From Dehalococcoidia bacterium (GTDB taxonomy: Bacteria; Chloroflexota; Dehalococcoidia; Lucifugimonadales; UBA3495): DNA of 64,000 nucleotides. This document shows positions 17,784-27,202 of this stretch, piece by piece (positions within the stretch are counted from its first letter, which is position 1; each line of letters opens with the position of its first letter). The notes beneath the pieces are model-generated. The model had not been told where the DNA came from. It saw only the letters and a list, made by a program, of their open reading frames with translations, and did not search any database. Location: positions 1,696-65,695 of the forward strand of contig DAOUJD010000033.1 in NCBI GenBank assembly GCA_034423115.1. The letters run 5' to 3'. A program made the position numbers and the translations under genes.

Positions 17784-18755
17784 TCAGATGTTGAGGAGGC
17801 GTTCGAGGTTCCCGAAGAGGATGGAGTCCTTCTCCTCGCGGGAAAGGCTCTCCAGGCCCAGCAGCCAGGCGACGGGCCAATCGGCGCACATGTCGAAGGG
17901 CCAGTCGGTCCCAAAAACCACCTGCTCGATGCCCACCATGTCGATGAGCATACGCAAACCCTCCTCGCTGTGCGTCAGGCAGTCGTAGTAGAAACGGCTC
18001 AGGTAGGCGCTGGGCGGCTGGTCGATGTTGACGCGGGCCTCGGGGCGCACCTGCCAGCCGCGATCCATGCGTCCGATGCCATAGCAAGCGTAGCCGCCGC
18101 CGTGGCTGAGGCAGACCCTGAGATCGGGGTAGCGGTCCATCACGCCGCCAAACACGAAGGACGCGAAGGTCACGGCGCGGTCGGCAAGATTGCCGATGGT
18201 GTTGGGCAGGTGGTAGCGGTCAAGCCTGGGGGATACTATCGTGCTGCCGCCCTGGTGGATGAGGAACATTGCGCCGAGGCGTTCCGCGGTGGCCCACAGC
18301 GCGTTGAAGTAGGGATCATCGAAAGTACGCCCGTTGACGTGATCGCCGATCATGGCGCCCTTGAGTCCAAGCTGCTCCACGGAGCGCGTCAGTTCCTCGA
18401 TGGCGGCGCCGACGTCCTGCATGGGCAGGTGGGCCAGGCCGGCAAAGCGGTCGGGGTATTCCTCGGTGAGCTGGGCCACGTAGTCGTTGCACTCGCGGTG
18501 CATGGCCAAGGTCTGGTCCGGGTCCAGATCGTAGAAGTACATGTTGGCGTTGGTGGACAGGACGTGCACGTCCACGCCGAGGGATTGCATATCGGCGATG
18601 CGCTGTTCGGGCGTCCAGAAAGTACGAGGGTTGTAGCGGTGCTGATTGTAGAGCGTGGGGGCGCTGACGCCGAACCAGTTATCGCCGCTCTGCATGGCCC
18701 GGAGGGCGCTGGCAGGGGTGATGTGCGCGTGAACGTCGAGGACTCGTACTGCCAT
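17784..18755 (-). CDS. amidohydrolase-2 family protein (ACMSD-like decarboxylase/hydratase)
   Basis: LDVHAHI N-terminus, FGTDWPF near the C-terminus; GAGGAG RBS. Confidence 0.8.
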   Translation of the reverse strand: MAVRVLDVHAHITPASALRAMQSGDNWFGVSAPTLYNQHRYNPRTFWTPEQRIADMQSLGVDVHVLSTNANMYFYDLDPDQTLAMHRECNDYVAQLTEEYPDRFAGLAHLPMQDVGAAIEELTRSVEQLGLKGAMIGDHVNGRTFDDPYFNALWATAERLGAMFLIHQGGSTIVSPRLDRYHLPNTIGNLADRAVTFASFVFGGVMDRYPDLRVCLSHGGGYACYGIGRMDRGWQVRPEARVNIDQPPSAYLSRFYYDCLTHSEEGLRMLIDMVGIEQVVFGTDWPFDMCADWPVAWLLGLESLSREEKDSILFGNLERLLNI

Positions 18756-19017
18756 GAGGTGCCGTCTCCTCTCGGGGGCGACGTTGTTTGTGTATCAACG
18801 GGATCGGGCCAGCTTGACGCGCCTGGATTATAGACGGTTTCGAGAAATCCGTCAGTCGCGACGCGCACGGGCCCAGACGCACAACAGCAGTCGGGCAATG
18901 ATTTGAAAACCGGCGGTTGTCGCGGCCATTGCTGCCGGTATTCCCCAAGCGCCGCATTACGATATTCAATATCCGTAACGGTTATTTTGTCATCAGACGA
19001 ATATCGCTAAAATATAT

Positions 19018-19046
19018 TTGACAATCACTTTATCCGTAAGTAGCAT
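19018..19046 (+). promoter_or_regulatory. sigma70-like promoter of SBP paralog 1
   Basis: TTGACA (19018-19023) N17 TAGCAT (19041-19046); identical hexamers and spacing upstream of paralog 2. Confidence 0.55.
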
Positions 19047-19142
19047 CGGGCGACGATAGCCGTTTGGCGGCACCACATGCCGATGGTCGAATTGGCGCGC
19101 ATCGTTTCAAGTAAGGAGCGATTCCCAGGGAGGTTTCAATCA

Positions 19143-21080
19143 ATGGATTTCCGAAGATTGTGGCATCCACGAACCCTGCTGGCGCTGTGGGCGTTGGCGT
19201 TGACGGCCGTGATCGTTGGTTGCGGCGGGGCAACCACGACGCCGGAACCCACTGGCGGCGGCTCTACCGGCGCGGCCGCTCCGCAGGCGGCGGCAACTCC
19301 CACGCTCAACCCGTTCGCAGGCGCGGAGGCGCCGACTCCCACCGCTCCACTGAACGTTGCTCCTACTGCGGTTCCGGTGCCAACGGCCATGATGGCGGTT
19401 GACGAGCGGCCCGACTGGTGGCAGGAGGGCGAAGACAACCACTACCGGGGAGACTTCCCGCTGGTTGCCACCCACAACCCGGGCTTCTGGGACGTCCACT
19501 ACGGCGGCTCTCTGAACACAGTGCTCATCCCGTCGGGCCCGCGCTTCAACCAGATCATTGAATACAACCCCGTCAACCCCAACGAGATCATCGGCGACCT
19601 CGCCGTCAGTTGGGAGTCTTACGAGGAGGGGAACGAATTCGGCTACGTCTTCCACCTCAACCCGGACGCGCATTTCACGGACGGGCACCCGGTCACCGCA
19701 GAGGACATAGTGTTCTCGATCAACCGCATCACGCTGGGGCAGGTGGAAGAAGGTGTGCTGCGCGCTCGCACCGGGTTCCTGAACAACTTTGTCAAGCACG
19801 GCACTGGCGAGGTGATCAACGACCACACGGCGAAAATCCCCCTCAGGTTTCCCGCCTCCGGCTTCCTGCCCAACCTGGCGTCCGACTACATGAAGGTGTA
19901 CCCCAAGCACGTCGCCGAAAACATGACCCAGGAGCAGGCCAACACGGGCCTGACGCAAGAGAACGCCCTGGCTGCCATCAATGCCGGTTCTCCCGAGGCG
20001 CTCATCGGCTCCGGCCCCTGGATGCTGCGGGAATGGGAAAAGGACGTTGGCTACACCTTTGACCGCAACCCCGACTATTTCAAGACGGGCCGGCCGTTCT
20101 TTGACGGCTTGAAGATATTCCTCATCAGGGATACGGCGCGCCGCATTTCCGCTCTACAAGCCGGACAGGTGTATGGCACGTACCAACCCGTGACGGGGTC
20201 CAATCGTCCTGAGGACATGGCGCGATTGGAGGAGGACACCGACGGTCGCGTGCGTGCCGTTATCCTGGAGGACTCGGGCGTGGAGGCATGGTTCCTCAAC
20301 CACGAAAAGCCTCCCTTCGACGACCCTCGGGTCCGCCGCGCCGTGTTCCTGGCCGTCAACCGCGACAATGCCGTGGAAAAGTCGATCCTGGGATTCGGGT
20401 CTCCCGGCACTTTCTTCGCGCCCGGCGTGGTCGAGGACCTGGGTGAACTGAGGGCCAACAGTCCTGCCTTCATGCTCGACCGCGGTCCCGCGCTGGAGGA
20501 AGCGCGGGGGTTGCTGGCCGAAGCCGGTTATCCCGACGGGTTTGAGTTTACGGTCAACGTGGTCAACAGCAACCCGGCGCTGTCGATGGCAGAGGTTCTG
20601 GCGGCTCAGTTGCGCGAAGACCTGGGTCTGGAGGCTGTCCTTCAGCCCACCGACCTGGCAACCATGTACGTGGGGATGCGCGACGGTGTCGCCAACGTTG
20701 ACGGCGTTGGCACCGGCATAATCCTGCGCGACCCGGGGGACATCATCAACCAGTTCTACCTGCAGGACGTGCTTCGGAACCCGCACAACTGGCAGAACGA
20801 CCGCGTTGACGAGTTGATCGACCTGCAAAACCGCGCCATTGATCCAACCGAACGCCAAGGGCATCTTGACGAACTGGCCGGCATCCTGCATCGCGGGGAG
20901 AGCCACTGGCTGCCGGTGTTCTGGAATTCCAACGGCGGAGCGTTCGACTGTCGCATCCAGAATTACTACAACCCGCCAACCGTCCAGTTGATCAAGAAGT
21001 GGGACCATGTGTGGTGGGCCGGCGGCGAGTCGTCCGACTGCGACCACAACGCCAACTCCGAACGCGGCTACCGACCCTAG
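19143..21080 (+). CDS. ABC transporter substrate-binding lipoprotein, family 5 (peptide/nickel type), paralog 1
   Basis: Lipobox VIVGC; long SBP_bac_5-like body; GGGAGG RBS before ATG 19143. Confidence 0.85.
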   Translation: MDFRRLWHPRTLLALWALALTAVIVGCGGATTTPEPTGGGSTGAAAPQAAATPTLNPFAGAEAPTPTAPLNVAPTAVPVPTAMMAVDERPDWWQEGEDNHYRGDFPLVATHNPGFWDVHYGGSLNTVLIPSGPRFNQIIEYNPVNPNEIIGDLAVSWESYEEGNEFGYVFHLNPDAHFTDGHPVTAEDIVFSINRITLGQVEEGVLRARTGFLNNFVKHGTGEVINDHTAKIPLRFPASGFLPNLASDYMKVYPKHVAENMTQEQANTGLTQENALAAINAGSPEALIGSGPWMLREWEKDVGYTFDRNPDYFKTGRPFFDGLKIFLIRDTARRISALQAGQVYGTYQPVTGSNRPEDMARLEEDTDGRVRAVILEDSGVEAWFLNHEKPPFDDPRVRRAVFLAVNRDNAVEKSILGFGSPGTFFAPGVVEDLGELRANSPAFMLDRGPALEEARGLLAEAGYPDGFEFTVNVVNSNPALSMAEVLAAQLREDLGLEAVLQPTDLATMYVGMRDGVANVDGVGTGIILRDPGDIINQFYLQDVLRNPHNWQNDRVDELIDLQNRAIDPTERQGHLDELAGILHRGESHWLPVFWNSNGGAFDCRIQNYYNPPTVQLIKKWDHVWWAGGESSDCDHNANSERGYRP

Positions 21081-21107
21081 ACTGCATCGTACCGACGGCA
21101 ATACTGC

Positions 21108-21137
21108 AAGGGCGGCCCTCGGGTCGCCCTTCTTTTT
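21108..21137 (+). terminator. rho-independent terminator
   Basis: AAGGGCGGCCC tcg GGGTCGCCCTT (11 bp, one G-U) followed by CTTTTTG. Confidence 0.7.
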
Positions 21138-21243
21138 GCCTTCGCCGGCGGCGCTCCATCCGGGCCTGAAAGATCCACGTTAGCGCATCATCAATAAGGG
21201 CTATGTTTGATAATAATACTGCTACAGTATCATCAATTCGGAA

Positions 21244-21272
21244 TTGACAATCTTTCCGCGCGTGAGTAGCAT
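21244..21272 (+). promoter_or_regulatory. sigma70-like promoter of SBP paralog 2
   Basis: TTGACA (21244-21249) N17 TAGCAT (21267-21272). Confidence 0.55.
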
Positions 21273-21368
21273 CGTCCCCCGCTGGCAGTCCCGGACTGTC
21301 GAGCGTAATTTTTTGTTTCGGCGCCAAGCCGATTCAGGCAAGTGCGATATTCACGGAGGACTCACTCA

Positions 21369-23309
21369 ATGGATTTGCGACGAATCTGGCATCCAAGAAC
21401 CTTGCTTGCGTTAGGGGCGCTGGCCGTGACCGGTGTGTTGGTCGCCTGCGGTGGCGCGACTACGACCACCCCGACCACCACCGGCGATACGTCCGGCGGC
21501 GCGAGCGCACCGGCGGCGCAAGCAGCCACCCCCACCCTCAACCCCTTCGCCGGCGAACAGGAACCGACGCCCACCGCTCCGCTGGACGTGGCTCCTACCG
21601 CAGTGCCGGTGCCCACAGCAATGGTGGCCGTTGACCAGCGGCCGGACTGGTGGCAGGAAGGCGAGGCCCAGCACTACAGGGGAGACTTCCCACTGGTGGC
21701 GACCAGCAACCCAGGGTTCTGGGACGTTCACTACGGCGGTTCCATGAACACCGTGCTGATCCCCTCTGGTCCCCGGTTCAACCAGATCCTCGAGTACAAC
21801 CCGGTCAACCCCGGTGAAATCATCGGCGACCTGGCGGTTAGCTGGGAGTCCTACGAAGATGGCGACGAGTTCGGGTACATCTTCAACCTGCACCCGGAAG
21901 CCACCTTCTCGGACGGAGTACCGGTGACCGCAGAGGACGTCGTGTTCTCCATTGACCGTATCACGCTGGGACAGGTCGAGGAAGGCGTGCTGCGCGCACG
22001 CACCGGCTTCCTGAACAACTTCGTGGTTCACGGCACTGCCGAGGCCATTGACGACAAGACGGTCAAGATCCCCCTGCGCTTCCCGGCCGCCGGTTTCCTG
22101 CCCAACCTGGCCTCCGACTACATGAAGGTGTACCCCAAACACGTGGGCGAGAACCTGACCCAGGAGCAGGCCAACCAGGGCAAGACCCAGGCCGAGGCCG
22201 TCTCTGCCATCAACGCGGGCACGCCGAACAGTCTGATCGGCTCCGGCCCGTGGATGCTGCGTGAGTGGGAGAAGGACGTGGGGTACTCCTACGACCGGAA
22301 CCCCAATTACTTCAAGGAAGGTCGTCCGTTCTTTGACGGCCTCCGGATATTCCTGATCCGCGACACCGCCCGCCGTCTCTCGGCGCTGCAGGCCGGACAG
22401 GTCTTCGGCACCTACCAACCCGTGACCGGCAGCAACCGTCCCGAGGACATGGCCCGCCTGGAAGAAGACACCGGCGGCCGTGTGAGAGCCGTAATACTCC
22501 GAGCCTCGGGTATCCAGGCCTTCTTCCTGAACCACGACAAGGCTCCGTTTGACGACGCCCGCGTCCGCCGCGCCTTCTACCTGGGCCTGGACCGGGACCT
22601 GGGCGTTGAGAAGTCGATTCTAGGATTCGGTGAGCCAGGCACGTTCTTCGCGCCCGGCGTTGTGGAAGACCTTGAGGACCTGCGCGCCAACAACTCGGCC
22701 TACGGAGATCGTGACGCCGCTCTGACCGAGGCCCGTCAGCTCCTGACGGAAGCCGGCTATCCAGACGGCTTCGAGATCACGGTCAACGTGGTGAACAGCA
22801 ACCCCTCGCTGTCCAGCGCAGAGGTTGTGGCGCCGCAAATGCGCGAAGACCTGAACATCAACATCGTCATCGAGCCCACCGACCTCGCCACGATGTACGT
22901 CGGGATGCGAGACGGCGTTGCCAACATGGACGCTGTCGGTACCGGCATCATCCTGCGCGACCCGGGCGACATCATCAACCAGTTCTACCTGCAGGACGTG
23001 CTGCGCAATCCGCACAACTGGCAGAATGATCGGGTTGACGAGCTGATCAACCTGCAGAACCGCGAGGTTGACCCCGCCGCGCGCCAGGCGCACCTGGAAG
23101 AGCTGGCCGGCATCCTCCACCAAGGAGAGAGCCACTGGCTGCCCTACTTCTGGTACTCCAGCGGCGGCGCGTTTGACTGCCGTATCCGCAACTACCACTA
23201 CCCACCCACGGTTCAGCTCATCAAGAAGTGGGACCACGTGTGGTGGGCCGGCGGCGAATCGTCCGCTTGCGCCCACGCCGCCAACGCGGACCGGGGCTAC
23301 CAGCCATAG
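21369..23309 (+). CDS. ABC transporter substrate-binding lipoprotein, family 5, paralog 2
   Basis: Lipobox VLVAC; collinear with paralog 1, with long identical blocks (SGPWMLREWEKDVGY, TGIILRDPGDIINQFYLQDVLRNPHNWQNDRVDEL). Confidence 0.85.
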   Translation: MDLRRIWHPRTLLALGALAVTGVLVACGGATTTTPTTTGDTSGGASAPAAQAATPTLNPFAGEQEPTPTAPLDVAPTAVPVPTAMVAVDQRPDWWQEGEAQHYRGDFPLVATSNPGFWDVHYGGSMNTVLIPSGPRFNQILEYNPVNPGEIIGDLAVSWESYEDGDEFGYIFNLHPEATFSDGVPVTAEDVVFSIDRITLGQVEEGVLRARTGFLNNFVVHGTAEAIDDKTVKIPLRFPAAGFLPNLASDYMKVYPKHVGENLTQEQANQGKTQAEAVSAINAGTPNSLIGSGPWMLREWEKDVGYSYDRNPNYFKEGRPFFDGLRIFLIRDTARRLSALQAGQVFGTYQPVTGSNRPEDMARLEEDTGGRVRAVILRASGIQAFFLNHDKAPFDDARVRRAFYLGLDRDLGVEKSILGFGEPGTFFAPGVVEDLEDLRANNSAYGDRDAALTEARQLLTEAGYPDGFEITVNVVNSNPSLSSAEVVAPQMREDLNINIVIEPTDLATMYVGMRDGVANMDAVGTGIILRDPGDIINQFYLQDVLRNPHNWQNDRVDELINLQNREVDPAARQAHLEELAGILHQGESHWLPYFWYSSGGAFDCRIRNYHYPPTVQLIKKWDHVWWAGGESSACAHAANADRGYQP

Positions 23310-23347
23310 GCGACGCAGCGGTTCGGACGAGCCAACAGCACGACTCC

Positions 23348-23375
23348 GGCCGGCCCTTTACAAAAAGGGCCGGCC
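23348..23375 (+). terminator. perfect 11-bp GC hairpin after SBP paralog 2
   Basis: GGCCGGCCCTT tacaaa AAGGGCCGGCC; no U-tract. Confidence 0.45.
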
Positions 23376-23429
23376 CAATGTGTATAATTACCACCCTACA
23401 CACCCAATTCCGCCGGCAGGAGTTGAGGA

Positions 23430-24389
23430 ATGTCTCAGTACCTGATTAGAAGATTGCTCCTCTTCATCCCGACGATGTTGCTGGCCACCATCCTGGTGTT
23501 CGCCTTGTTCTCCATCGTCCCGGGGGACGCCGCCGTATTCCTGCTTACTGGAGAGGACGCCGGCGGGCGGGTGACCAACGAGGACTTCGAGCGTCTGCGG
23601 GAGGACCTGGGCCTCGACCGACCGATCTACATCCAGTACGCCGACTGGCTGTGGGGAGTCGTTAGGGGAGACCTGGGTGATTCTCTTTACTACGGTACTC
23701 CCTTCGGCTTCGAACTCATCGAGCGGTTCGCCAGAACCTTTGAACTTGCGGTGCTGGCCATCGTAATGGCGTTCGTCGCTGCTGTCCCGTTGGGAATTCT
23801 GTCGGCGATGAAACAGGACTCCGGAATTGACTACGCCAGCCGGGTCATTGCGTTGTTGGGCATCGCCATGCCGACGTTCTGGATCGGGGTGCTGGTCATC
23901 TACGCTCTCGTGTATGGGACAGGATGGCTGCCGCCACTAGAGTACGCCCATTTATGGGAGGACCCGATACAGAACCTTAAGTTGATGGTGCTGCCGGCAG
24001 CGGTGATCGGGTTCCATGACATGGCCTTCACCGCCCGCGTCACCAGATCGGCGATGCTGGAGGTGATGCGCGAGGACTACATGCGCACGGCTCGATCCAA
24101 GGGCCTGCGCGAGTGGGTCGTGGTGGGTCGCCACGCGCTGAAAAACGCGATGCTGCCGGTGATCACCGTGTCCGGCTACCAGTTCGGACGACTGCTGGGC
24201 GGCGTGATTATCGTCGAGCAGATTTTCGTCGTTCCCGGCGTGGGCAAGTTCCTCATTGACGCCATCAACCACCGGGACTTCCCGGTGATCCAGGGCGTGA
24301 TCCTGATGACGGCCGCCGTGGTGCTGCTGCTCAACCTGATCATAGATATGCTCTACGGCATCCTGGACCCACGGATCCGGTACTCGTAA
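23430..24389 (+). CDS. ABC transporter permease (DppB/OppB-like)
   Basis: 6 TM segments; EAA-type loop YMRTARSKGL. Confidence 0.85.
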   Translation: MSQYLIRRLLLFIPTMLLATILVFALFSIVPGDAAVFLLTGEDAGGRVTNEDFERLREDLGLDRPIYIQYADWLWGVVRGDLGDSLYYGTPFGFELIERFARTFELAVLAIVMAFVAAVPLGILSAMKQDSGIDYASRVIALLGIAMPTFWIGVLVIYALVYGTGWLPPLEYAHLWEDPIQNLKLMVLPAAVIGFHDMAFTARVTRSAMLEVMREDYMRTARSKGLREWVVVGRHALKNAMLPVITVSGYQFGRLLGGVIIVEQIFVVPGVGKFLIDAINHRDFPVIQGVILMTAAVVLLLNLIIDMLYGILDPRIRYS

Positions 24390-24441
24390 ACGCACGTACG
24401 CCAACGATAATTGCAACAGGTTCTCATCGGCAGGTGTTGCC

Positions 24442-25350
24442 ATGATTGATCAGACCACGGAACAGGCGACTTTAACCCGGGAGGAGCTTCCCGCACCGGG
24501 GTTAACCTCGCGGGCATTGACCGGTTTCTTCCGGTTCGTGCGGACGAAACCCCTGGGCGCGGTCGGCGGGGTTATCGTCCTGCTGCTGGTGGTTGTGGCC
24601 CTCCTCGCGCCGGTGCTATCGCCCTACGATCCTCGCTCCACACCCGCCCTGCCCTGGGAGGCGCCCAACGCCAACTACCTGCTGGGCGCGGACTACATTG
24701 GTCGGGACGTATTGAGTCGCCTGATTTACGGCGCGCGCATTTCGCTATACGTCGGTTTGGGCAGCGTGGTGGTGGGCATCACCGGCAGTTTCATCATCGG
24801 CGTGGCGCTCACCTACATCGGCGGCATAGTGGACACCGTCTCGCAGCGCGTCGTGGACGCCCTGATGTCGCTGCCGGGCCTGCTGATCGCCCTGGCGATC
24901 ATGGCCGTGGTTACGCCGTCCCTGAACACCGTGATCCTGGCCATCGTAATCGGCATGATTGCACCCGTGATCAGAACGGTGCGGTCACAGGTGTTGTCGC
25001 TGCGGGAGCTGGACTACGTGACGGCGGCGACGGCAATCGGCGCCCCACCCTGGCGCATAATCCTGCGCCACATCGTGCCCAACTGTTTTGCCACGTACCT
25101 CGTGCTGGCGACGTACTACCTCGGTTTCGCCATCATCATTGAGTCGTCGCTGTCGTTCCTGGGCGTGGGCACTCCGCCCGACCAGCCAAGCTGGGGCGGG
25201 ATGCTGGTGCGCGCGGCTTCGGCGCACGTCAAGAGTGGCCCCTGGCTGGCGATATGCCCCGGTCTCGCCATCTTCATGGTGGTGATGGGGTTCAACCTGC
25301 TGGGCGACGCCCTGCGCGACGTGTTCGACCCGCGCCTGCGTGGCCGGTAG
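24442..25350 (+). CDS. ABC transporter permease (DppC/OppC-like)
   Basis: N-terminal anchor plus BPD_transp_1-like core (ELDYVTAATAIGA). Confidence 0.85.
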   Translation: MIDQTTEQATLTREELPAPGLTSRALTGFFRFVRTKPLGAVGGVIVLLLVVVALLAPVLSPYDPRSTPALPWEAPNANYLLGADYIGRDVLSRLIYGARISLYVGLGSVVVGITGSFIIGVALTYIGGIVDTVSQRVVDALMSLPGLLIALAIMAVVTPSLNTVILAIVIGMIAPVIRTVRSQVLSLRELDYVTAATAIGAPPWRIILRHIVPNCFATYLVLATYYLGFAIIIESSLSFLGVGTPPDQPSWGGMLVRAASAHVKSGPWLAICPGLAIFMVVMGFNLLGDALRDVFDPRLRGR

Positions 25351-25417
25351 CCACCAATAACGTCCCAGGCAAATACCGGGAGGCAGGGCAAAACCGCCGA
25401 TGCCTCCCGCTCGTATT

Positions 25418-25624
25418 TTAAAGAAATCTGGTCGCCGCCACCGCAATGGCCAACAGCGCGGCCATGACACCCGAGAACCCGATCAACAGGCGATAGCCCA
25501 TGGCATCAATCCTGCCTTCGAGCCTGGCAATGTCTTCCTTGGTGGCCAAGGTGGGCAGGATGGTGTCCAAGCGAGTTTCCAATATGGTCACGCGCTCTTC
25601 CAGGGTTGGGCCGGGAGTCGTCAT
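25418..25624 (-). CDS. small coiled-coil protein with C-terminal TM helix
   Basis: LEERVTILETRLDTILPTLATKEDIARLEGRIDAM then LLIGFSGVMAALLAIAVAA; AAGGA RBS. Confidence 0.5.
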   Translation of the reverse strand: MTTPGPTLEERVTILETRLDTILPTLATKEDIARLEGRIDAMGYRLLIGFSGVMAALLAIAVAATRFL

Positions 25625-25675
25625 AAAGCGTTCCTTTTGAAAAATATATTCCGCTAACTATGGTATTAGTATCAC

Positions 25676-26311
25676 ATGTTTTTCACACCATTACAACACA
25701 CGCTGCATAACCAACGCTTTGGGCGCACACTGTTGCTCACGGTGCTGGCCGCGCTGGTGTGCGTGATACTGGCCTGTACGCCAACGCAGGGGACCCCGAG
25801 CGGCGAGCCGTGGGAAACCACACTCGCACCCACCGACGCCATCGCGCCGACCCTCGCTCCCGCCGCCGCGCTGCCCACTGCGGAGTTGGCTGACACCGTG
25901 ACGCCAATGCCCACGGCACGAGTGGAATCGGCGGCTACCACGCTGCCGGCCGCCACGTCGCTGCCTGTGGCAAGCGAGGGGAATGTGATGATGGTCGAGG
26001 CCGAAGAAGCGGAACGGACCCGCAGCAAATACGAAAGCCTACTGAGCGCAACGTGGGCGACCGACTTCTCCCGCACCACCATTTCGTTCGACGAGATCAT
26101 GACCGGCGGCCCGCCCAAGGACGGCATACCGGCCATCGATGACCCGCAGTTTGAATCCGTCGCTGATGCTGACGCATGGCTGGACGACCTTGAGGCGGTG
26201 CAGGTGGTGGACCTGAACGGCGACGCCCGGGCGTATCCGGTGCAGATCATGGTGTGGCACGAGTTGGTCAACGACACCGTGGGAGGTGAGCCCGTCGTCA
26301 TCACGTATTGA
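25676..26311 (+). CDS. DUF3179 family lipoprotein, N-terminal part ending at an in-frame TGA
   Basis: Lipobox ILAC; PPKDGIPAIDDPQF ... GEPVVITY then TGA at 26309-26311. Confidence 0.6.
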   Translation: MFFTPLQHTLHNQRFGRTLLLTVLAALVCVILACTPTQGTPSGEPWETTLAPTDAIAPTLAPAAALPTAELADTVTPMPTARVESAATTLPAATSLPVASEGNVMMVEAEEAERTRSKYESLLSATWATDFSRTTISFDEIMTGGPPKDGIPAIDDPQFESVADADAWLDDLEAVQVVDLNGDARAYPVQIMVWHELVNDTVGGEPVVITY

Positions 26312-26332
26312 CCACTGTGCAATACCGCCTTC

Positions 26333-27085
26333 GTGTTCAGGCGGACGGTTGACGGCGAGACACTGGACTTCGGGACGACGGGCGCGCTGCGGGACAGCAA
26401 CCTGCTGATGTACGACCGGCAGACCGAATCCTGGTGGCAGGAGTTCGGCGGCGAGGGAGTAATCGGCCACTACGCCGGCCAAAAGCTGGAACAACTGTAC
26501 CTGTCCATCGCGTCTTGGGGTGATTTCAAAGCCATGTACCCGGACGGGCAGGTGCTCTCACGGCCGGATTCAGGCAGGTCATACGGCGCCAACCCCTACG
26601 CGGGTTATGATCGTCCTGGCAACTCTCCCTTCCTTTTCGACGGTCCGGAGGATCCCCGCCTGCCGGCCGTGGAAAGGGTGGTCGCGCTGGAGAGGGGCAG
26701 CGACGCGTGGGCGGTGTCGTTCACCACGCTGGCGGAGGAACGCGTGGTATCGGCTTCGGTGGCCGGCGAGGACATCGTGGTTTTCTGGACGCCCGGCACG
26801 GCGTCGGCCCTGGACCGAGGTTCGATCAAATCGGGACGCGACGTGGGCACCGCCGGCATCTTCTCGCCGGTAGCGCCGGATGGCGATATGCTGACGTTCA
26901 CCGCAGATGCTGAAGGTACCATCACCGACGAGCAAACCGGCAGCGCGTGGAACATCTTTGGGAACGCCACCAGCGGGCCGCTGGAGGGAACGCAACTGAC
27001 ACCGGTTCCCGGGCGCATCGGGCAGCTATGGTTCTCATGGGCGGTTTACAGACCCGATACGGTGGTGTACAACGGAACACGGTGA
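26333..27085 (+). CDS. DUF3179 family protein, C-terminal part (same frame as 25676..26311; open from 26312)
   Basis: PLCNTAFVF ... FGTTGALRDSNLLMYDRQTESWWQ directly continues the domain after the TGA. Confidence 0.6.
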   Translation: MFRRTVDGETLDFGTTGALRDSNLLMYDRQTESWWQEFGGEGVIGHYAGQKLEQLYLSIASWGDFKAMYPDGQVLSRPDSGRSYGANPYAGYDRPGNSPFLFDGPEDPRLPAVERVVALERGSDAWAVSFTTLAEERVVSASVAGEDIVVFWTPGTASALDRGSIKSGRDVGTAGIFSPVAPDGDMLTFTADAEGTITDEQTGSAWNIFGNATSGPLEGTQLTPVPGRIGQLWFSWAVYRPDTVVYNGTR

Positions 27086-27202
27086 ATTATTACATGAGGT
27101 CTCTATTGACAATGGCTATATCGGATTACAGACTGTAACCATCTTACGAGTATGTACGTTGCTTACACTCGGCAGACGGTGACGCCAAACTCAGAGACTT
27201 CT

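Noticed and set aside
19140-22535. Long minus-strand ORFs (19140..19958, 20154..21101, 21411..22535) within the binding-protein genes
   Set aside because: They are antisense frames of two strongly supported paralogous lipoprotein genes, with typical GC-rich shadow-ORF composition.
26309-26311. Genome-wide reassignment of TGA (Trp/Gly code) as the explanation for the in-frame stop
   Set aside because: Many well-supported genes in the window terminate at TGA at the expected position (for example 4262, 4606, 47184, 50343).
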